A DNA stretch of 63,703 bases from an uncultured Thermotogae bacterium. Its GTDB lineage: Bacteria; Bipolaricaulota; Bipolaricaulia; CAYUCE01. The notes below the pieces were generated by a model. That model was not told the origin of the DNA. It saw only the letters and a list, made by a program, of their open reading frames with translations, and made no database searches. The translations under genes and the position numbers were made by a program. Positions within the stretch are counted from its first letter, which is position 1; each line of letters starts with the position of its first letter. The stretch spans positions 1-63,703 of the forward strand of contig CAYUCE010000003.1 of NCBI GenBank assembly GCA_964443275.1, read 5' to 3'. Below are positions 59,346 to 63,703 of the stretch, one piece after another.

Positions 59346-60050
59346 TTAACCGCCTAAATAAAGCCTTCCTACTTCTGGGTTATTAAGTAGCGACTCTCCT
59401 GTATCCTCAAACTGCTTTTTCCCCATAGCTAAAACGTACCCCCTTCCGGACATAGCCAGGGCTTCCTGGGCGTTCTGCTCTACCATCAGGATGGCCACTC
59501 CGGACTCATTTATCTCCTCAACTTTGCTCAGCATCATTTCTGCCAGTTTAGGAGCCAATCCGGCGGTGGGTTCATCAAATAGCAAGAGTTTCGGATCTAG
59601 CATTAAAGCCCTCCCCATGGCAACCATCTGCTGCTGACCCCCGGAGAGCTTACCGGTGCGTTGGTTTCTTCTCTCTTTAAGAACCGGGAATATATCATAG
59701 ACCTCAGTGATCTGATCGCTGTAATCATCTTCCCTGGTAAAAGCTCCCATTTCCAAATTCTCCTCCACGGTTAAGGAGGGAAAGACATTGCCTTCCTGAG
59801 GAACGTAACACATCCCTTTTCTCACTATGCGATCGGGTTGAAGGCCGGTTATTTCATCATCGTAGAAAGTTACCTTGCCCTGGAAGGGAGTCAAAAGGCC
59901 AAATATGGTCTTCATTAAAGTTGACTTTCCAGAGCCGTTGGGTCCGATTATGGAGACCACTTCATCCTCGTTTACTTCCACAGATACCCCATGGAGAATT
60001 TCCACTTCTCCGTAACCAGAATATATCCCACTAGCTTTCAGAATAATCAA
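59346..60050 (-). CDS. livF: branched-chain amino acid ABC transporter ATP-binding protein (LivF type)
   Basis: GPNGSGKST, LSGGQQQM, LLFDEP. The TTG at 60050 with a GGAGGGGG SD is the likely start (ORF track starts at 60080). Confidence 0.9.
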   Translation of the reverse strand: MIILKASGIYSGYGEVEILHGVSVEVNEDEVVSIIGPNGSGKSTLMKTIFGLLTPFQGKVTFYDDEITGLQPDRIVRKGMCYVPQEGNVFPSLTVEENLEMGAFTREDDYSDQITEVYDIFPVLKERRNQRTGKLSGGQQQMVAMGRALMLDPKLLLFDEPTAGLAPKLAEMMLSKVEEINESGVAILMVEQNAQEALAMSGRGYVLAMGKKQFEDTGESLLNNPEVGRLYLGG

Positions 60051-60810
60051 TTGCTCTACCCCCTCCCAGATAAGCATCAATTACCGTCTGGTTATTCTTA
60101 ATTTCCTCCGGGGTGCCTTCGGCCAGCTTGGCTCCGGTAGACATGACTATTACCGGGTTGCATAAGTTCATCACCAGATCCATATCGTGTTCCACTAAGA
60201 AGAAGGTAACCCCTTTTTTATCTTTTAGTTGGTTTATATCTCTCATTAATTTCTTCATTAATGTGGGGTTGATTCCAGCTCCCGGTTCGTCAAGTAAAAC
60301 CAACCTGGGATCGGACATCATGGTTCTGGCCAGTTCTAGCAGCTTCTTTTGTCCCCCGGATAAGTTCTTGGCGTATTCCTCCTTTAAATCAATTAATTCA
60401 ACAAATTCCAGTACTTCTAAAGCCTTATCTCTTATTTGTTCTTCCTGTTTTCTGACTGATCCGGGTCTGATCCACGGATTCCAAATTCTCTCCCCCATCT
60501 GATGGGGTGGAACCAGCATAAGATTCTCTAAAACGGTCATCATCTTTAATTCCCTGGTGATCTGGAAGGTCCGGGAAATCTTTTTGTGAAATATCTGGTG
60601 AGGAGGTAGGCCGTCAATTCGTTCATTATCGAATAGTATTTCCCCTCCGTCCGGGCGATAAAAGCCGGTGATCAAATTAAAAAGGGTGGTTTTCCCTGCT
60701 CCGTTAGGACCTATTAATCCAGTAATTGTATTTTTCTTAACTTCTAGGGAACAGCGATTTACTGCCCTAATTCCTCCAAAATCTTTTACCAAATCCTTTA
60801 TTGCTAACAT
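60031..60810 (-). CDS. livG: branched-chain amino acid ABC transporter ATP-binding protein (LivG type)
   Basis: GPNGAGKTT, LSGGQKKLLELAR, VLLDEP, C-terminal BCA_ABC_TP_C-like tail. Confidence 0.9.
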   Translation of the reverse strand: MLAIKDLVKDFGGIRAVNRCSLEVKKNTITGLIGPNGAGKTTLFNLITGFYRPDGGEILFDNERIDGLPPHQIFHKKISRTFQITRELKMMTVLENLMLVPPHQMGERIWNPWIRPGSVRKQEEQIRDKALEVLEFVELIDLKEEYAKNLSGGQKKLLELARTMMSDPRLVLLDEPGAGINPTLMKKLMRDINQLKDKKGVTFFLVEHDMDLVMNLCNPVIVMSTGAKLAEGTPEEIKNNQTVIDAYLGGGRAIDYSES

Positions 60811-61059
60811 GATTTAGTCTCTAATTTGATCGAAGCTAATTTAACGAAAGCTGATAAGTTTTATTATATAGATAAGAGCTTGCCTTATAAAAAAATTTGC
60901 CCCAAGCCCTCAAGGCTTCAGGCCTTTTCGATAGCGGTTTAGCTTTTAAAAAGCGAGACCACTAAGCAATTATAAAATCCACATAAAGTAACAGTTGCCT
61001 AATCCGCTACCAATCACCACCTCGTTAGTTCTATTTCCGTGCATCCTATCACCAGCTTA
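60811..61059 (-). promoter_or_regulatory. long structured 5' leader (leader B) of livGFHM; homologous to leader A
   Basis: About 250-nt leader between the promoter and the livG ATG. It contains an intrinsic terminator and the same ordered words as leader A. Confidence 0.5.
60887..60924 (-). terminator. leader-internal intrinsic terminator (attenuator)
   Basis: Minus strand: GGCCTGAAGCC-TTGAG-GGCTTGGGGC, then AAATTTTTTTAT, about 75 nt upstream of the livG start. Confidence 0.55.
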
Positions 61060-61065
61060 GAAGAA

Positions 61066-61094
61066 ATAATAGCACACTCATCTTAGATTGTCAA
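61066..61094 (-). promoter_or_regulatory. sigma70-type promoter of livGFHM
   Basis: Minus strand TTGACA (61094-61089), 17-nt spacer, TATTAT (61071-61066). Confidence 0.55.
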
Positions 61095-61212
61095 GATCAC
61101 GGCTCTTCACCGAATCTACACCGCTATATAACACTGCTTGTAAAGTAATATCCGCCCCCTGCTGTGAATGGAGAACCTCCTTTACTATAATGAATGTAAT
61201 AGTGGTGATTCG

Positions 61213-62655
61213 ATGAGAGTAAGAGTTCGATTTGCCCCCAGCCCTACAGGTAATTTACACGTTGGCGGGGCTAGAACAGCTTATTATAATTGGTTGTTTG
61301 CCAGAAAAAATGGGGGAGAATTTGTGTTGCGAATCGAGGATACGGACCGTAAGCGTTCCAAAAGAACCTATGAAGAAAATATTATTGAAGACTTAGAATG
61401 GCTGGGTATCGATTGGGACGATTTTTACCGGCAGTCGGAGCGATTTGATATATACAGAGATTATGCAGACCGCCTTTTGGATGAAGGCAGAGCCTATCAC
61501 TGCTATTGCCGAGACGAAGAACTAAAAGAAATGCGGCGAAAGGCACAAAGTGAAGGACGCCCTCCCGGCTATGATGGCAGATGTCGAAATTTAACTTCCC
61601 AAGAAAAGAAGAAATTCCAAAAGGAAGGAAGAGAACCCACCATCAGATTTAAGATCTCGGAGCCGGATAAAAGCGTGGTAATTTCGGATCTTATAAAAGG
61701 TGAGGTGGAATTTGACCGGGTAATGACCGGAGATTTTATTTTAATTAAGTCAGATGGTACCCCCACCTATAATTTAGCAGCCACCATCGATGATCATCTG
61801 ATGGGGATAACTCACGTACTGAGAGCTGAAGAACATTTATCTAACACACCCAAGCAAAAAATGCTTTATCAGGCTCTGGGTTTTACTCCCCCGAAGTTTG
61901 GTCACCTCCCGCTTCTGCTGGGGGAGGATCGCAAAAAGCTTTCCAAAAGACACGGCTCAGTAATGGTAAGGGAACTTCGAGAGAAAGGTTATCTGCCGGA
62001 GACTTTAAAAAATTACTTTGCCCTTTTAGGCTGGTCTTCCAAGGATGAACAGGAGATTTTTTCCGAAAGCGAGCTATTGATGTGCTTTTCATTAGAAAAT
62101 ATGATGAGAAGCCCGCAGGTTTTTGATTTTGATAAGTTGGACTGGTTGAATAACCACTATTTACAAAAAGCCGATCTAGAAAGAATAACCAAGTTAGCAA
62201 TCCCTTGGATAAAGAAGGCCGGTTATTTAAAAGATAACCAGCTATCAAATAAAGAGAGCCAAAAGCTTAAACGGATCGTCGATTTACTGCGCCCTTCAAT
62301 TAGCAATTTATCTGAGCTCAAAGAGCATAAGGATTTGAATATATTTTTCGAAATTCCACTCCTAACTCCGGAAGCCAAAGAAATCCTAAACGATGATATT
62401 TCAGCCCAGGTACTGGAAAGCTTTCTTCAGACTCTAGAGGGGAGGGTCGAAATATCCCCCAGCCAAGTGACTAAGTTGATTAAGAAGGTAAAAGAAGAAC
62501 TGGATGTAGGTTTTAGACAAGTTTATGAGCCGCTGCGGGCTGCTATTACCGGCAAAACCAGCGGCCCGGAGATAAATCAGGTAATATCGATACTGGGAAC
62601 GACTGAAACCCAAAAAAGGTTGCAAACTCAGTTTGACACTGCTCAAACAAACTGA
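61213..62655 (+). CDS. gltX: glutamyl-tRNA synthetase
   Basis: RFAPSPTGNLHVGG (HIGH) and KLSKRHG (KMSKS). The ATG at 61213 fits the family N-terminus (ORF track starts at 61168). Confidence 0.93.
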   Translation: MRVRVRFAPSPTGNLHVGGARTAYYNWLFARKNGGEFVLRIEDTDRKRSKRTYEENIIEDLEWLGIDWDDFYRQSERFDIYRDYADRLLDEGRAYHCYCRDEELKEMRRKAQSEGRPPGYDGRCRNLTSQEKKKFQKEGREPTIRFKISEPDKSVVISDLIKGEVEFDRVMTGDFILIKSDGTPTYNLAATIDDHLMGITHVLRAEEHLSNTPKQKMLYQALGFTPPKFGHLPLLLGEDRKKLSKRHGSVMVRELREKGYLPETLKNYFALLGWSSKDEQEIFSESELLMCFSLENMMRSPQVFDFDKLDWLNNHYLQKADLERITKLAIPWIKKAGYLKDNQLSNKESQKLKRIVDLLRPSISNLSELKEHKDLNIFFEIPLLTPEAKEILNDDISAQVLESFLQTLEGRVEISPSQVTKLIKKVKEELDVGFRQVYEPLRAAITGKTSGPEINQVISILGTTETQKRLQTQFDTAQTN

Positions 62656-62673
62656 TAATATACAAAGGAGATT

Positions 62674-62751
<78 letters not shown>

Positions 62752-62889
62752 CTTCCCACAGTTTTTAAAGTTGGTCTTTTGTTAATTGATCGTCTTTTGA
62801 ATTTCGCATGTTAGATCCTCGTTTTGTAAAACACTTCTGTTAAGAATGGCGCCGGTAGTCTTTGGTGTGAGCTGGAAGGTGGATTCAAG

Positions 62890-63009
62890 ATGACCTGGTT
62901 AAGCGAAAAGGAATGGAACTGTGGGTTATTGCTGAGTTTATTTTTGGTTCCTGTAGTGCTGAAAGAGTGGGACCAAACAAGGATATTCACGTGCCTCTAT
63001 GTTTTTTAA
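62890..63009 (+). CDS. possible 39-aa hydrophobic small protein
   Basis: GGAAGGTGG SD 7 nt before the ATG. MTWLSEKEWNCGLLLSLFLVPVVLKEWDQTRIFTCLYVF has one predicted TM helix. No homology evidence. Confidence 0.3.
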   Translation: MTWLSEKEWNCGLLLSLFLVPVVLKEWDQTRIFTCLYVF

Positions 63010-63117
63010 GATCGTTATTCAAAGGTCATCTAGCTGCTCTTGTATGGTTAGCTAAATTTACTTCCAGTTACTAAACTGACATTGGTAGGGAGAATAATAG
63101 AAAAAGGCAGAATTGAT

Positions 63118-63486
63118 TTATGTTTCCTCTGCTTTCCTTAAGGTTTCTTTGTAAATATCAGAGGTGATGTAAAAACCCACATCAATGAAATCTTCTAAGG
63201 TTTTTTTGACTTCAGATATAATTCCACGTGCTTTAGCTTCCTGGAGGATATCTAGAGAGCTGATTAACTTTAAATTAAGTTTCCTTGCTTCTCTACGAGC
63301 TAAACTGTCGTCAGTAACCAGGGGAAGCTGTTTTTCATTGGCGAGAATAATGCTCTCTTTTTCTCCTAGCCCTAAACGGTCGGATAATGCTACAAGCTTA
63401 GATTTTGATTTTATTTCTACTCTTTTAATCCAGGATGCGGATTTAATCTTCCTTGACCCAGGTTTACCCTTTCCTTTCACTACCAC
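63118..63486 (-). CDS. DUF3368 (PIN-like) toxin-family protein, N-terminally truncated
   Basis: VVVKGKGKPGS...WIK..., LGLGEKESIILA and LPLVTDD match the family core. The N-terminal ~35 residues of the family are absent. Confidence 0.7.
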   Translation of the reverse strand: MVVKGKGKPGSRKIKSASWIKRVEIKSKSKLVALSDRLGLGEKESIILANEKQLPLVTDDSLARREARKLNLKLISSLDILQEAKARGIISEVKKTLEDFIDVGFYITSDIYKETLRKAEET

Positions 63487-63689
63487 TTCATGGTATACAG
63501 CTTCTTCAATCCCTCATCCAACTCTTCTGGTTTTATAACTAGAGATAAGATACCATGTTTCTTCATAATATCTGCTAATACCCATCGGTCTACATTCAAG
63601 AGTTCCGCCGCTTTTCCTTGGGATATTTTCTTTTGTCGAAGTAAATCTAAGACGAATGCTTCTTTAGCTTGTTTATCCATCTCTTCCAA
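63480..63689 (-). CDS. UPF0175-family antitoxin-like protein
   Basis: 69 aa; ISQGKAAELL HTH-like core typical of UPF0175. It overlaps the DUF3368 gene. Confidence 0.75.
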   Translation of the reverse strand: MEEMDKQAKEAFVLDLLRQKKISQGKAAELLNVDRWVLADIMKKHGILSLVIKPEELDEGLKKLYTMKW

Positions 63690-63703
63690 AGAATCTATCA
63701 GGT

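Noticed and set aside
55612-61059. T-box riboswitches in the LIV leaders and upstream of gltX (60811-61212)
   Set aside because: There is no T-box consensus (AANNNGGGTGGNACCGCG) adjacent to the terminators. The GGTGGTGA word in leader B lies about 100 nt upstream of the terminator, which is the wrong position. The gltX-proximal part has no terminator on the plus strand.

Overview
This 63.7 kb window is a bacterial chromosomal segment. By eye it is roughly low-40s % GC. Genes use GGAGG-type Shine-Dalgarno sites and TGA is a normal stop codon. I cannot assign a taxon from sequence alone; the gene content suggests an anaerobe (2-oxoacid:ferredoxin oxidoreductase, superoxide reductase, flavodiiron protein, a relic of a tungsten aldehyde:ferredoxin oxidoreductase (AOR)).

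Layout:
- The window opens with the last ~25 nt of a 16S rRNA.
- About 10.7 kb of housekeeping genes follow (proS-ispG-miaB, an ABC-2 exporter, an LCP protein, rsfS, a UbiB kinase).
- A separately promoted 23S-5S-tRNA-Asn unit comes next. The rRNA genes are therefore unlinked.
- The 23S carries two hairpin expansions at the classical intervening-sequence (IVS) sites, helices 25 and 45.
- Next come thrC, a NarL-type two-component locus with two kinases, and a ~10 kb oxidative and sulfur stress cluster.
- These are followed by tmRNA, nfeD, a radical SAM enzyme, htrA, and an accessory-looking, partly decayed cluster.
- That cluster holds an opine-dehydrogenase-like gene, a catalytically degenerate full-length ProRS paralog, AOR fragments, a truncated IlvD-family gene, and proline racemase-like, DapA-like and enolase-superfamily genes.
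- The window ends with rsmI, an MFS transporter, mtnA, rtcA, a LIV-type ABC transporter, gltX, a stand-alone tRNA-Ile(GAT), and a decayed UPF0175/DUF3368 toxin-antitoxin pair.

Most interesting observations:
1. A second, full-length ProRS-like gene has lost class II motifs 2 and 3 but keeps the editing and anticodon-binding domains. It sits inside a proline-derivative-type catabolic cluster.
2. Two collinear, evidently homologous leader RNAs of about 140-200 nt, each ending in a near-identical intrinsic terminator, precede the two transcription units of the branched-chain amino acid transporter.
3. The unlinked rRNA genes carry IVS-like 23S expansions. These share short tandem micro-repeats with the operon spacers, including an exact 12-nt complement.
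4. Gene relics are unusually dense across the window.

No CRISPR array, transposase or integrase was seen.
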